Shown here: in pieces, positions 40,743 to 52,186 of the stretch
Numbering within the stretch: the first letter of the stretch is position 1
How the letters are laid out: each line of letters starts with the position of its first letter
DNA from: an uncultured bacterium
GTDB taxonomy: Bacteria; Verrucomicrobiota; Verrucomicrobiia; Verrucomicrobiales; DEV007
DNA length: 64,000 nt
Assembly (NCBI GenBank): GCA_963977015.1
Contig: CAXBMO010000023.1
Location: forward strand, 34,205-98,204
Direction: 5' to 3'
Made by a program: the position numbers and the translations under genes
The notes under the pieces: model-generated
The model's input: only the letters and a program-made list of their open reading frames with translations
The model's database searches: none
What the model was told of the DNA's origin: nothing

Positions 40743-43669
40743 AGATCCTTCGCATTGGGCTGAGCAACCTGAACTCACTTCGTGGTGAACATGAAGTCAA
40801 CCTGGAGGAAGAGCCGCTGGGAAGCGCTGGGATTTTTGCCATTACCGGGCATACCGGGGCCGGGAAATCCACCTTGCTGGACGCGGTCACTCTTGCGCTT
40901 TATGGTCGGGCCGCCAGGTATGGTGAGAGTCCAAATCCGGAAGACATGATGAGTCGCCATACCGGCGAATGTCATGCGGAGGTCGATTTCGAGGTGCCCA
41001 CCGGACGTTTTCGTGCGGTCTGGCAACTCCGCAGGGCGCGTGGGCTTCCCGACGGCAAGCTGCAGCCCGGCAAGCGCTACCTCTACGATGCGGACGGACA
41101 GGTGCTCGCCGAAAAAATTGGGGATGTGAATCGCCTGGTGGAACAACTGTCGGGACTCGATTACAACCGGTTCACGCGATCGGTTCTCCTTGCCCAAGGT
41201 GAGTTCGCAAAATTCCTCAAGGCCAAACCGGATGAACGGGCGGAGTTGTTGGAGAGCCTCACGCGGACAAGCATCTATTCAGATTTGGGGGTTTTGCTGC
41301 ATGAGGAACTCGTGCGGCGGGAAGGTGATCTCAAGGAAGCGGAGCGAGTCCTGGGAGAAATTGTGGTTCTCGGAGAGAAGGAACGCGCCACCAAACAAAC
41401 TGAACTGAGCAATGGCGAGGAAGAGTGGAAGCTTCTCAAGACAAAGCGGGCGGAACTGAATGAGCAACTGTCGGCGGCAAGGCAGCTTCAGGAGAATCTG
41501 GTTAAGCAAGGCCAACTGCAAAAGGATCAGCGCGAACTCAAAAAGAAGCTTGCTGATTCAGAAGGCGATCTGGTGCGGTTAAAGATTCATCGCGAGGCGC
41601 AACCCTTCCTGCCCAAGCTGGCGCAACTTGAACAGGCGGACGAGCATGGTAAGCAGAAGGCCAAACGTTTGGCGGAGGCGAAGGGACTTGCGGAAGAAAA
41701 GGGGGTGGTGTGGAAATCGATCTTGAACGGTTCCACCGGGGCCAACGATGAAAAGCTGGCGGACGAGCTACCCGAGCTGAGGGTGCAATTGTCCGATTTG
41801 GCGCGCATGCGAGAGCGATTGGTGGAACTTGAATCCGAGGTTGGCTCGATTCAGTTGCCGAGCAGTTTTGAGAAGGCAAAAAGCGCCTATGACAAACTGC
41901 TTGAGCAGGGAGATGAAACGAAGCGGCAAGACCAACTGGAGGTGTTGAGGGAACGATTGGGCTTTCTGGCCAATCTCCAGATGCAGGCGAAATCTCGCGA
42001 TCAACAAGCAACGAGGCTTCGCCAAACCAACGATCGAATCAAGGTTCTCAAGGCAGAGGAAGCCAGCCTGAAGGAGAAGCAGGCAGCTCAGCTTGAAACG
42101 GTAAAAGACATCGAGGAATTGCTGGAGAGTCACCGGGGACATTTCAAAGCTGCGCAAAAGGTTGCGAGTTTTGAGGAGCATCGAGCCCAGTTGAAGGAAG
42201 GCGAAGAGTGCCCTCTTTGTGGGGCGCTGGAACATCCATTCTGTGAGGAGTCGAACTCCCAGTCCGAGATTTCAGACCTGGAGGTGAAGATTGAGGAAAC
42301 GGAACGAAAACTGAATGTGGCGAAATCGCAGAATCAAGGATTTCAGCTTCAATCGGCGAAACTCAATATCGAGTTGGAACAACTGTTGAAGACGCTGGCG
42401 GAGGTCGAGTCGAGTCACGAAGAGGTGGTGAAGCTGATGGAGGGACTCGCACGCTCGGCGAAGTTGGAAAGTATCGAACGAAGCGCGATCACCGATGGAT
42501 TCATTGCCTGTGAATCTCAGTTCGAGGAGGCCAGCAAAGGGATGATCGCCTTTAAGAAGGCTCAGCATGTCATGTTGTGGATGGAAGGGGAGCAATCGGT
42601 TTCGAGGGTCACGGAGTTGCTGGCTCCAATACTCGGACAGTTCGAGGGCGAGTTGCCAACGGCAGGCGATGAATTGGAAACCTGGGAACAGCTCAGGACG
42701 CGACAGCAGGCCTTCGCTGCCTTCGACGAATGCCGACGACGCGTCTCCGAATGTGAGAACGAAGCCAAGACTTCTCAAGAGGCACTGTCGCAACATCTCC
42801 AGGAATTGACCCACGATTTGGAAGGATCGGAATTCCAGGATTTGGAAGCGTTGCGCAGGGCGCGACTGGCTGCGGACGAGGAGAAGAAGTTGTCGGCATT
42901 GAAGCTTCAACTCGATGAAGCAAACGATCGATTGATTGGAAGCATTGAAGTGGTGAATGCAGAAGTCTTGCGCCTTCGCGAGAGTAAGACCGCCGAGGGT
43001 GACGAGTTTGATAAGCTCAAGGTCGAGGCTGAAAAGACCGAGAGCCGTTACGACACCTTAAGTGAAGCACTTGCGAATTTGCGGGACTTGCTCAAGCGCA
43101 ATGAGGAGAATCAGAAGAAAGCCGCCCTCAAGTCCGGGAACATTGAAAAGCAGAGGAAGAAGCTTCGAACCTGGCGAATGCTTCACGGTCTCATTGGCGA
43201 TTCTCGGGGCAAGAAATTCCGATTGTTCGCTCAGGGAATCTCGCTGGACCTTTTGATTCGCCATGCCAACAAGCACTTGGCGAACCTCACGGAACGGTAT
43301 CAGCTTTCGCGCTGCGACGAGGAGGAACTGGAGCTTGAAATCGTCGATCGCTTTCAAGCGGGAGTGAAGCGCCCGATGTCGAGTCTTTCCGGTGGCGAGA
43401 GTTTTCTTGCCAGCTTGGCTCTTGCGTTAGGACTTTCCGATCTGGCGGGGCGTAACGTGAGGATTGATTCCCTCTTTATTGATGAAGGCTTTGGCTCGCT
43501 GGACTCAGACTCACTTGAGGTTGCCTTGTCCGCGCTGGAAGGACTGCGTCAAAAGAACAAAGCCGTTGGCGTGATCTCGCATGTCGAGCTTCTCAAGGAA
43601 CGGGTCTCCACGCAAATCAACGTCGAGAAGCAGCCTGACGGGACCAGTTTGCTGGTCTTGCGATCTTGA
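40739..43669 (+). CDS. sbcC: SMC-like ATPase SbcC (Rad50-like)
   Basis: NLNSLRG, GHTGAGKST, LLAQGEF, coiled coil with CPLCG zinc hook, LSGGE, LFIDEGFG, VISHV. Confidence 0.93.
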   Translation: MKILRIGLSNLNSLRGEHEVNLEEEPLGSAGIFAITGHTGAGKSTLLDAVTLALYGRAARYGESPNPEDMMSRHTGECHAEVDFEVPTGRFRAVWQLRRARGLPDGKLQPGKRYLYDADGQVLAEKIGDVNRLVEQLSGLDYNRFTRSVLLAQGEFAKFLKAKPDERAELLESLTRTSIYSDLGVLLHEELVRREGDLKEAERVLGEIVVLGEKERATKQTELSNGEEEWKLLKTKRAELNEQLSAARQLQENLVKQGQLQKDQRELKKKLADSEGDLVRLKIHREAQPFLPKLAQLEQADEHGKQKAKRLAEAKGLAEEKGVVWKSILNGSTGANDEKLADELPELRVQLSDLARMRERLVELESEVGSIQLPSSFEKAKSAYDKLLEQGDETKRQDQLEVLRERLGFLANLQMQAKSRDQQATRLRQTNDRIKVLKAEEASLKEKQAAQLETVKDIEELLESHRGHFKAAQKVASFEEHRAQLKEGEECPLCGALEHPFCEESNSQSEISDLEVKIEETERKLNVAKSQNQGFQLQSAKLNIELEQLLKTLAEVESSHEEVVKLMEGLARSAKLESIERSAITDGFIACESQFEEASKGMIAFKKAQHVMLWMEGEQSVSRVTELLAPILGQFEGELPTAGDELETWEQLRTRQQAFAAFDECRRRVSECENEAKTSQEALSQHLQELTHDLEGSEFQDLEALRRARLAADEEKKLSALKLQLDEANDRLIGSIEVVNAEVLRLRESKTAEGDEFDKLKVEAEKTESRYDTLSEALANLRDLLKRNEENQKKAALKSGNIEKQRKKLRTWRMLHGLIGDSRGKKFRLFAQGISLDLLIRHANKHLANLTERYQLSRCDEEELELEIVDRFQAGVKRPMSSLSGGESFLASLALALGLSDLAGRNVRIDSLFIDEGFGSLDSDSLEVALSALEGLRQKNKAVGVISHVELLKERVSTQINVEKQPDGTSLLVLRS

Positions 43670-43670
43670 T

Positions 43671-44753
43671 TCAGGCCAATTCGAATTCAGGGATCTCCAA
43701 TCGCTTCGCCATCCGGAGGGGGCGCTGTAATGCCTCCCTCATCCGGGATTGCTCGTCGCCCCATCGCTTGTCGATGCAATCGGGATGAATCTCTGTGGAA
43801 TCGATCAGACCCAGCAGTTTGAGACAGAATGCGGTGCTATGTTTATAGGCTGCCGCACTCCCGTTCTCGTCGAGCCGAAAAACGCTGTCCTCAAGCGATT
43901 GAAAGGCTTCGAACAGTTTGTAGACCCGCGTATCGAAGGAGTCCTCCAGCCAAAGCTTCCGAGCGGCGCAAATCAACGGGCAGGCCGAAACACCGGCGCC
44001 GATCAACAGCGGCAGGCCAAGTTTGATGGCCGAGGCGATCCCGAAGTCATCGCCACTATGGGGGAGGAAGGGGAGGTTCAGATCGCGGCACATCGATGCC
44101 CAATACAGAAAGTGAGGCTCGTCGAGTGTCGAAATCTTGCCGCCAATGAACTTCTCATGATGGGCGAGTTCGTGGAGCAACCACGGCCCGTAGGGGGTGG
44201 CCCAAGGCACGAACGCGGGCTCCAGCGCGTGAACAATTCCGGGAACCGTAAGGTGTTCGGCGATCTCGAAGTAGGCATCCCGTCTCGGTTCAGGCGACAG
44301 GGCGTTGAGCTGCCGTGACGTCATCAACATCGCTTCGACATTGTCGAAACTCTGGCAAATGTCCAGATGCGGGTGATACCAGGACGGATCAAACGTTTCC
44401 CCCTCAGCACCAACTGCGGTGACGCCACAAATAATCTTGGGATCGGGAAACAGGGCTCGAAAGCGCTCAATGACCTCGCGATAGAGGTCGATCGAAAGAT
44501 TGAAGATGTAACCGGTATCCGCATTCAGGACAAAGGCCATCTCGACACCGAAATGCTCCCCGGAGCGGATCATCCACCGGATGCTTTTCTCGAATCCGGC
44601 CCAATCGGGCTTTCCATCCACAAAGGGAAGGAGAGTCGCCACACAGAGTCGGGCCTTCGTCGTATGGTCGGCCAGCTCCTCTTCAGGAGTATGTGCCCAT
44701 ACGGTTTCGCTCCATTCCGTGTCGGGCTTGAGATCCTGAGCAGAAGTAATCAT
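43671..44753 (-). CDS. DapA/NanA-like class I aldolase family protein
   Basis: ATLLPF...[22 protein letters not shown] (candidate Schiff-base Lys), HSGDD, LLIG. Confidence 0.6.
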   Translation of the reverse strand: MITSAQDLKPDTEWSETVWAHTPEEELADHTTKARLCVATLLPFVDGKPDWAGFEKSIRWMIRSGEHFGVEMAFVLNADTGYIFNLSIDLYREVIERFRALFPDPKIICGVTAVGAEGETFDPSWYHPHLDICQSFDNVEAMLMTSRQLNALSPEPRRDAYFEIAEHLTVPGIVHALEPAFVPWATPYGPWLLHELAHHEKFIGGKISTLDEPHFLYWASMCRDLNLPFLPHSGDDFGIASAIKLGLPLLIGAGVSACPLICAARKLWLEDSFDTRVYKLFEAFQSLEDSVFRLDENGSAAAYKHSTAFCLKLLGLIDSTEIHPDCIDKRWGDEQSRMREALQRPLRMAKRLEIPEFELA

Positions 44754-47700
44754 GAGGATTGATGATAGTCTTGGATCGGCGTAACCGAAATCTCTTCATC
44801 CTGCATCGCTCGAACTGCCGAGGCACTCGAGCGGGCACCGCGGAGCGTTGTGATGATCGGGATGCGTTCCGTGGACGCGGCGCTCCGGATCTTGACCTCG
44901 TCCTGACGCGGTTTGCGCCCGGCCGGGGTGTTGATGACCAGGGCGATCTCGCCATTGGTGATCATATCGAGCACATTGGGACGACCTTCGCCAAGCTTGA
45001 AGAGCTTGTTGACGGGAACGTTTCCAGCTTCAAGAGCCTTGGCGGTTCCGCTAGTCGCAAAGAGTTGGAACCCCAGGTCGGAAAACTGTTTGGCGATATC
45101 CACGATCGCCTTTTTGTCGCTGTCTTTGACACTCACAAAGATGTTTCCAGACACGGGGAGCGGTGATCCCGCGGCGTCCTGGGCTTTCGCAAAAGCGATT
45201 CCCTGGTTGGTATCCAGTCCCATCACTTCGCCGGTCGATTTCATCTCTGGTCCCAGGCTGATGTCAATTCCAGGGAACTTTACAAACGGGAAGACCGCTT
45301 CCTTCACCGAGAAATGTGTGGGGATGACTTCCTCGGTAAAACCAATTTCTTCAAGCGTGGACTCACCGGTCATGATTTTGGCGGCATATTTCGCCAATGG
45401 AACCCCAATGGATTTGCTGACGAACGGCACGGTTCGGCTGGCTCGCGGATTGACTTCAATGACGTAGAGTTGCTCGTCCTTGACGGCGAACTGAATGTTC
45501 ATCAACCCGAGAACCTCCAGTTCGATCGCCAGATTCTTTGCCGCTTTCCGAATCTCGTCCTTCATCTTGTCGCTGAGCGAGAAGGGAGGAATCGAGCAGG
45601 CGCTGTCTCCACTGTGAATGCCCGCCTCTTCAATGTGCTCCATGATCGCACCGAGAACGGTCGTTTTTCCATCGGAAATGACATCGACGTCAACTTCGAC
45701 GGCATCTTCGAGAAACCGGTCAATCAACACAGGACGGTCAGGGCTGACCTCGGTCGCGTTCCGCATGTATTGGCGCAGATCGTTATCGTTGTAGACGATC
45801 ATCATGGCCCGGCCACCCAGCACAAAGCTTGGTCGAACCAATACGGGGTAACCAATTTCGGTCGCAATCGTGACGGCCTCGTCCGTGGAAACGGCTGTTC
45901 CAGCTGGTGCCTGCTGCAAGCCCAACCGATCGAGTAAAGCGCTAAAGAATTTGCGGTCTTCCGCTTTTTCGATGCTTTCGGGAGAGGTGCCGATAATGTT
46001 GACTCCGTTTTTCTTGAGGTCTGCAGCGAGATTCAGGGGCGTTTGCCCGCCGAATTGCACAATCGCTCCCCAGCACTCCTCCTTCTGGTAAATATTGAGG
46101 ACGTCTTCCAGCGTAAGAGGTTCGAAGTAAAGCTTGTCGCTCGTATCGTAATCGGTCGAAACCGTTTCGGGATTCGAATTCACCATGATGGTTTCAAACC
46201 CCATTTCTTTCAGCGCGAACGCCGCGTGGACGCAGCAATAATCGAATTCAATCCCCTGACCGATGCGGTTCGGGCCTCCTCCCAGAATCATCACTTTACG
46301 CTTCTCGTTGCTCCGGGTTTCGTCCTCGATCCCGTAGGTGCTGTAGAAGTAGGGCGTGGCCGCCTCAAACTCTGCCGAGCAGGTATCCACCAAACGGTAG
46401 GTGGGAAGAACTCCCGCCTTGATCCGGGCCTCACGGACCGCTTCCTCGGACTGATGGGTGCATTCAGCAATTTGGCGATCGCTGAATCCGAGTTTCTTGA
46501 TCTTGCGATAATCGAGCGAATCAGCGGAGCCGAGTTCTGCGGCTGCTTTCGAGATTTCTTCCAGTTGCCGCAGGAACCAAAGATCAATCTTTGTGAGTTC
46601 AAAAACTTCATCCGCCGTCATGCCCTTCTTGAAGGCATAGTGGAGATAGAAAATTCTCTCCGCATTGGGTGTCCCGAGCTTGGTTTTGATCTCGTCTGCT
46701 GTGACTTCGAGATCTTTCCCATCACTGCCAAAGCCAAAACGTCCGGTTTCCAAACTCCGGAGAGCTTTTTGAAGGGATTCCTTGAACGTCCGACCGATCG
46801 CCATGGCCTCGCCGACGCTCTTCATCTGCGTGGTGAGGGTTTCGTCGGCGTCAGGGAACTTCTCGAACGTGAATCGTGGAAGCTTCGTGACGATGTAATC
46901 GATCGTCGGTTCAAAGCTGGCGGGTGTTTCGCGCGTGATGTCGTTCGGCAATTCGTCGAGCGTGTATCCGACGGCGAGCTTCGCCGCGATTTTGGCGATC
47001 GGAAATCCGGTCGCCTTTGACGCCAAGGCCGAGCTTCGAGAGACCCGCGGGTTCATCTCAATCACGATCATCCGCCCGGTCTCAGGATTCACGGAAAACT
47101 GGATGTTCGAACCGCCAGTCTCGACTCCGATCTCACGGATGATGGCGAAAGATGCGTCTCGCATCAGTTGGTATTCCCGATCGGTCAACGTTTGTGCCGG
47201 AGCCACCGTAATCGAATCGCCGGTGTGAACGCCCATGGGATCAAAGTTCTCGATCGCACAAATAACGACGCAATTGTCATTACAATCGCGCATGACCTCC
47301 ATTTCGAACTCTTTCCAGCCCAGAAGCGACTCCTCGACCAACACCTCAGTCACGGGGCTAAGGTCCAAACCCGATGTCACAATCTGCTCAAACTCGTGCT
47401 TGTTGTAGGCGATTCCTCCACCACTGCCGCCCAATGTGTAGGCTGGGCGAATGATCAACGGATACCCGCCAATCTCGGAGGCGATGTTCCAGGCCTCTTC
47501 CATCGTGTGGGCCACACCACTGTGGGGAAGATCGAGACCAATCTTCAGCATGGCTTCCTTGAAGAGGAGGCGATCCTCTCCCTTTTCAATTGCCTCGGCA
47601 TTGGCTCCAATGAGCTTCACTCCGTGCTTTTCCAACGCGCCGTTCCGAACCAGAGCCATGCTGGTATTCAACCCGGTTTGTCCGCCCAAGGTTGGCAGAA

Positions 47701-47956
47701 GTGCGTCAGGCTTCTCCTTCTCAATAATTTTCTCGACGATCGCGGGCGTGACCGGTTCGATGTAAGTGCGGTGGGCAAATTCCGGATCCGTCATGATGGT
47801 GGCGGGATTGGAATTGACCAGAACGACCTGATAGCCTTCCTCCTTCAGTGCCTTACAGGCTTGGACGCCCGAATAGTCAAACTCACAGCCTTGACCAATC
47901 ACAATGGGGCCTGAGCCGATAACGAGAATCTTCTTGATCGATGTATCTTTGGGCAT
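44750..47956 (-). CDS. carB: Carbamoyl-phosphate synthase large subunit
   Basis: [30 protein letters not shown], two ATP-grasp halves, and an MGS-like C-terminus. Confidence 0.98.
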   Translation of the reverse strand: MPKDTSIKKILVIGSGPIVIGQGCEFDYSGVQACKALKEEGYQVVLVNSNPATIMTDPEFAHRTYIEPVTPAIVEKIIEKEKPDALLPTLGGQTGLNTSMALVRNGALEKHGVKLIGANAEAIEKGEDRLLFKEAMLKIGLDLPHSGVAHTMEEAWNIASEIGGYPLIIRPAYTLGGSGGGIAYNKHEFEQIVTSGLDLSPVTEVLVEESLLGWKEFEMEVMRDCNDNCVVICAIENFDPMGVHTGDSITVAPAQTLTDREYQLMRDASFAIIREIGVETGGSNIQFSVNPETGRMIVIEMNPRVSRSSALASKATGFPIAKIAAKLAVGYTLDELPNDITRETPASFEPTIDYIVTKLPRFTFEKFPDADETLTTQMKSVGEAMAIGRTFKESLQKALRSLETGRFGFGSDGKDLEVTADEIKTKLGTPNAERIFYLHYAFKKGMTADEVFELTKIDLWFLRQLEEISKAAAELGSADSLDYRKIKKLGFSDRQIAECTHQSEEAVREARIKAGVLPTYRLVDTCSAEFEAATPYFYSTYGIEDETRSNEKRKVMILGGGPNRIGQGIEFDYCCVHAAFALKEMGFETIMVNSNPETVSTDYDTSDKLYFEPLTLEDVLNIYQKEECWGAIVQFGGQTPLNLAADLKKNGVNIIGTSPESIEKAEDRKFFSALLDRLGLQQAPAGTAVSTDEAVTIATEIGYPVLVRPSFVLGGRAMMIVYNDNDLRQYMRNATEVSPDRPVLIDRFLEDAVEVDVDVISDGKTTVLGAIMEHIEEAGIHSGDSACSIPPFSLSDKMKDEIRKAAKNLAIELEVLGLMNIQFAVKDEQLYVIEVNPRASRTVPFVSKSIGVPLAKYAAKIMTGESTLEEIGFTEEVIPTHFSVKEAVFPFVKFPGIDISLGPEMKSTGEVMGLDTNQGIAFAKAQDAAGSPLPVSGNIFVSVKDSDKKAIVDIAKQFSDLGFQLFATSGTAKALEAGNVPVNKLFKLGEGRPNVLDMITNGEIALVINTPAGRKPRQDEVKIRSAASTERIPIITTLRGARSSASAVRAMQDEEISVTPIQDYHQSS

Positions 47957-48098
47957 CTAAAGGTTAGCGTTGGGTTAGGAAATCTAGTAGTGGCGCAGCT
48001 TTGGAGCGGAGAAGACACATTTCCACCGGAAATTCGGCGAGATTGAGGTGATTCCGCCTTTTGGTGGTGGAGAAGGCTGTTGGTATCCCGAGCTCTCC

Positions 48099-48476
48099 TC
48101 AGATATTCTGGTGAGCCAGCCTTCTTGAGCTTAGCTGCCTGCAGGCGCAAAACAGCCCGATACCCAACGCAATGCCGATACCGTTTGCCAGCATATCGGC
48201 ATACTCAAAGGATCTGCCTGGAGCGAAACGCTGTCCAATTTCCATCAGAACTCCCCAGATAAAAAGGAGGATCAGGATGGTACTTCTGCGTTCCACGAAA
48301 CCATTCATCGCGATTAGAGCTCCGACACCATACGCCGTCGCGTGGAGAATTTTGTCGTGGAAGCCGACCGGAACCGTCTCTTCTTTGGGATGCAGACAAA
48401 GGACTGCGATCAACAGCAGATAGCAGGGAAAGCCAATCTGCAGGCTACGGCGCAGCCAGTGAGCAAGTGAATTCAC
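48099..48476 (-). CDS. VanZ-family membrane protein
   Basis: HDKILHATAY...EIGQRFAPGRSFEYADMLANGIG. Confidence 0.8.
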   Translation of the reverse strand: MNSLAHWLRRSLQIGFPCYLLLIAVLCLHPKEETVPVGFHDKILHATAYGVGALIAMNGFVERRSTILILLFIWGVLMEIGQRFAPGRSFEYADMLANGIGIALGIGLFCACRQLSSRRLAHQNI

Positions 48477-48506
48477 GAACTACAGGAACCCCGCGGGGCC
48501 GCTGGA

Positions 48507-50768
48507 TCAGTTGGCCGCGGGAACTTTGGTGCTGTCCTGGATCGCCGTGATCGCCTTCGCTCCGCGCTTTTCAATGGAGATAAAATCCATCAACACGTCG
48601 ATTGCTTCGCGTTTGACCGGGCCGAACCCATGAGGTGGCTCCAAAGCCTTCGCTTCTTCGTCTTTCTCGGCAATATCAGTCATCATTCCGCTTAATTCCT
48701 GAGCGGAAACCTCCGAGAGCAACTTCAACTCAGGCTCATCGACTCGATCAAGGGTGAGACTGTAGCTTTTGAAGAGCCCCTTTTCAGTCGCCTTGATTTT
48801 CGCGAACCGCTCTTTGATGTCCTCTCTGCGTTTTTCATCTCTGGCGTCTTCTTCCTTGATCTCCCTTTTTCGGACTTCGCGATTGAGAGAAATTTGATTC
48901 TCTTCCTTCCGTTTTTCGAACCGATTGGTCTCGGAGACAATCCATTGGAAATCGACATTCTTTTCTCGACGAGCCGCTGAGCTGGCCTTGAGAACTTCAA
49001 TTGGCAAGGGCTGCTTTCGAAAGAGCGCAAACTTCTGCTTTTGAACCTCGTCGTAAGGAAGCGAATCTTTGAGGGATGCTTCACCCAATTCCATTGCGTC
49101 CGTGATGGAGGGAAGAATGATATCTGGAACCACCCCTTTGAGCTGAGTTGATCCACCGGCGATCCGGTAGAACTTCTGGATCGTCAGTTTCAGTGCGCCG
49201 GCCTGATTGGAATTTCCGGGCAACAAGAGGGAGAATCCGCTGGTTGTTACGGGCAGCAGTTGCTGAACCGTTCCCTTGCCAAACGTTGAACGATCACCCA
49301 CGACCACGGCGCGTTGGTAATCCTGTAGTGCGGCGGCAAGAATCTCACTGGCAGACGCACTGGCCTTGCTGGTCAGGACAACCATGGGGCCATCATAAAC
49401 AGGAACACGGGCTGGAGAAATCTTTACGTCAGTTTGCTCCCGGCTGTCTTTGGATTGAACGACGGGGCCTCGGGGAATGAAAAGGCCGGTCAAATTGATC
49501 GCTTCCTCCAGCGAACCGCCTCCGTTCTGCCGGAGATCAACGATCAGTCCTTCGATTCCCTCTTTCTTCAGGCGCAAGAGCAAACGCTTGGTATCGCGCG
49601 TGACACTGGTCTGACCGGACTGCATATCGCTGTAGAAGGATGGGAGATCAATCCAGCCCAGCTTAATGGTGCGGCCATCTGGAGCCTTGGTTTCGATCAA
49701 CTCAGCGCGGGCGAGGCTTTCCTTGAGGTCGACCTGATCCCGCTTGATCATAATCACGGCGGTCGCGGAGGGATCCTGGCCGTTGGGAATGAGTTTCAGG
49801 CGAACGTGAGAGCCTTTCTTGCCGCGAATCAAATCAACGACCTTCTGGAGATTCATATGCTTGATGTCGGTCAAAGCGCCTTTGGTGCCCTGGCCCACGC
49901 CAATGATCTTGTCTCCGACTTGGAGTTCGCCGGCCTGATGAGCCGGGCCACCGACGACCAGTCCCCGGATTTCGGCGTAGCCTTCATCGGTCATGCTCAA
50001 CAAGGCGCCGATACCTTGGAGATTCTTCGACATCTGAATCTGAAAATTCTCATATTCTGACTGAGTGAAGTAATCAGAATGGGGGTCGTAAGTATGGGAC
50101 AGGCTCTTCAGGTAAAACCCGGCGATATCCTCGGTGGTATTGTCCTTGAGGGAATCCAGAATTCGCTCGTAGCGCTTTCGAACGAGGACGGATGGCTCGT
50201 CCATCTGTTCGAGCTCCGCGGCGACCTTGTCATCCGCCGGCATCTCGCGTCGCATCACTTCCTGGAGCATTTCTCCCTCGATGATATTTGACCAGATTCG
50301 ATCGGCGTCCGCTGCGTTCTTGGCCCAATCGGCTTTCTTACGGCTCAGTTGCATCTTCCGATTGGAATCGAAAGTGAACTCCGTCGATTCCAGATGCTTC
50401 TTAATCCAGTTTACGCGGTTAATGACCCGATCCGTGTAGATGTAGTAGATATCGAGAGCCGGGGAGATGTCTTGAAGCAGGAGTTTTTCGTCCAGTCTCG
50501 TCTCGTAGCGTGCCTTGAAAGCATCAATGTCAGACTGGAGAAAATAGAGCCGCCCACCGTCCAGAAACTCGAGGTAGTTTTCGAGCAATTTCTTCGAGAC
50601 CTCGTCGTTGATGGTCTGGTCGTTGTAATGCTCGTGTTGGAGAAGGGTCGCGACCTTGGCTGCAACTTGACCATATTCAACCGCTCGAGCTTGGGGAGCT
50701 ACTGTGAAGGCTAAGGTGACGAATAACAACGTGAGCGACGTGAATCGCGATCCGGGAAGATTTGCCAT
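48507..50768 (-). CDS. prc: Carboxy-terminal processing (tail-specific) protease, S41
   Basis: YDPHSDY, PDZ GIGA, DLRQNGGGSL, SASASEI, GKGTVQ, QKFYRIAGGSTQLKGVVPDI. Confidence 0.92.
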   Translation of the reverse strand: MANLPGSRFTSLTLLFVTLAFTVAPQARAVEYGQVAAKVATLLQHEHYNDQTINDEVSKKLLENYLEFLDGGRLYFLQSDIDAFKARYETRLDEKLLLQDISPALDIYYIYTDRVINRVNWIKKHLESTEFTFDSNRKMQLSRKKADWAKNAADADRIWSNIIEGEMLQEVMRREMPADDKVAAELEQMDEPSVLVRKRYERILDSLKDNTTEDIAGFYLKSLSHTYDPHSDYFTQSEYENFQIQMSKNLQGIGALLSMTDEGYAEIRGLVVGGPAHQAGELQVGDKIIGVGQGTKGALTDIKHMNLQKVVDLIRGKKGSHVRLKLIPNGQDPSATAVIMIKRDQVDLKESLARAELIETKAPDGRTIKLGWIDLPSFYSDMQSGQTSVTRDTKRLLLRLKKEGIEGLIVDLRQNGGGSLEEAINLTGLFIPRGPVVQSKDSREQTDVKISPARVPVYDGPMVVLTSKASASASEILAAALQDYQRAVVVGDRSTFGKGTVQQLLPVTTSGFSLLLPGNSNQAGALKLTIQKFYRIAGGSTQLKGVVPDIILPSITDAMELGEASLKDSLPYDEVQKQKFALFRKQPLPIEVLKASSAARREKNVDFQWIVSETNRFEKRKEENQISLNREVRKREIKEEDARDEKRREDIKERFAKIKATEKGLFKSYSLTLDRVDEPELKLLSEVSAQELSGMMTDIAEKDEEAKALEPPHGFGPVKREAIDVLMDFISIEKRGAKAITAIQDSTKVPAAN

Positions 50769-51001
50769 AGAACTCAAGGTAAAGGGGGATTGGGTTTCCT
50801 TTAGATCGAAGGAGTCACCAAGTGATTCGATCACTGTACACAAATCGTTGGCGTTGACACGAATTTTCCGCCGAAATCAGCGTTGAGGAAACTCAAAACC
50901 TATTCCTTTCCCCACTGGAAACGGCGACCCGGGAAAAATGCGGGAATCCTTCCGGACAGAGGGAGTTCCGTGCCAAGAAACAGACTGTGGAAAGCCAAAT
51001 T

Positions 51002-51541
51002 TCAGGCAGAAGTGACAGAAAGTTTTCTGTGCTCTTCAATTTGCTGAAAAATTTGAGGCAATCTCTGGGAGGCTTCAGCGGGATCTTCGAAATCCCATTT
51101 CTCTCCAGCAGGTGCAGCGGGAGCTGGAACCGCGGTTTCAAGACTCGCCTCCTCATTCGTCATTTCCTCAAAAATTTCGTGCGGAAGATGAAGGAATTCT
51201 TCGAATTCATAGCCGTCGACTTCGGGATCCGTAACCTCGGCCAAAGTGTCAGGATTCGAAAGTGCGCCATTAAAAATCTCAGAGCCATGGGCAACCAGCC
51301 AACCTCGAAATGCTTCAAAGGCTTCTTCACTGCCTCCTGAATTCAGCAAACTGGAGGCTCCCCACAGATCCCACGTGTAGGCAAGGTTCAGGCAGGTGTC
51401 GAGTTGTTGCTGGAAGCCGATAATTTCATCGACCGGAAGTTGGCGAAGAGATTCTCCGAGCACATCGAGCTGGGTGTCGGGATCGCCGTTCGACTCCGCA
51501 ATCGAGCCGTCAATGAGTTGCCAAAAGCGTGATTGATCCAT
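51002..51541 (-). CDS. DUF4240-like protein
   Basis: MDQSRFWQLID...LWGASSLLNSGGSEEAFEAFRGWLVAHG. Confidence 0.75.
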   Translation of the reverse strand: MDQSRFWQLIDGSIAESNGDPDTQLDVLGESLRQLPVDEIIGFQQQLDTCLNLAYTWDLWGASSLLNSGGSEEAFEAFRGWLVAHGSEIFNGALSNPDTLAEVTDPEVDGYEFEEFLHLPHEIFEEMTNEEASLETAVPAPAAPAGEKWDFEDPAEASQRLPQIFQQIEEHRKLSVTSA

Positions 51542-51567
51542 TTGGGAAACGAAGGTTCGGTCGGGAA

Positions 51568-52104
51568 TTAAAAGGGGATTTCGTCGTCTTCCTCGCCCAC
51601 ATCGAGAGGGCCTCCTCCTCCACCACCTCCACCTGAGGGCGGTTGTGGTGATTCAGGTTTCGAAGAGTAATCGTTGCCGCCATCACCGTAGCTCTTTTCC
51701 TGAGGTGGGGCGTAATTGCCTCCTCCTCCGCCTTGTTGATAGTTGCCGCCTCCTCCGCCGCCGCCGTCACTCTTGCCGCCAATCAGTTGCATTGATTCTC
51801 CAACGACTTTCAGCCGGCTGCGATTCTGGCCCGTGGCCTTGTCCTGCCAAGTGTCCATCTGCAATCTGCCTTCAATGAAGACGGGACGTCCCTTTTGCAA
51901 ATATTGTCCGGCAACTTCCGCCGTCCTTCCCCAGAGCGTGACATCGACAAACGTCGTCTCTTCTTGTCTTTCGCCACCGTCGCCCGAAAAATAGCGGTTC
52001 ACCGCGAGACCGATATCGGTAACGGCGGTTCCCTTCGGGGTATAACGAACTTCGGGATCACGGGTCAAATTCCCCATGATCATCACTCTGTTAAAAGAGG
52101 CCAT
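51568..52104 (-). CDS. ssb: Single-stranded DNA-binding protein
   Basis: NRVMIMGNLTRDPEVRYTP, Gly-rich linker, DDEIPF tail. Confidence 0.97.
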   Translation of the reverse strand: MASFNRVMIMGNLTRDPEVRYTPKGTAVTDIGLAVNRYFSGDGGERQEETTFVDVTLWGRTAEVAGQYLQKGRPVFIEGRLQMDTWQDKATGQNRSRLKVVGESMQLIGGKSDGGGGGGGNYQQGGGGGNYAPPQEKSYGDGGNDYSSKPESPQPPSGGGGGGGGPLDVGEEDDEIPF

Positions 52105-52186
52105 GACCAATACTTACGGCGTTTTTTGATCTTGGCTAGTGATTTTGGTACTTTGTGAGGGTCGGATTGGTGAGGTTCCCCACGTC

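Noticed and set aside
50955-50980. Minus-strand TTGGCACG as a sigma-54 promoter for prc; also TGGCAC near 8526
   Set aside because: The -12 position reads TCCC (or GGTT near 8526) rather than TTGC, which is too weak to call.
51600-51780. Short GGC/GGA-type repeats
   Set aside because: They encode the ordinary Gly-rich linker of SSB.
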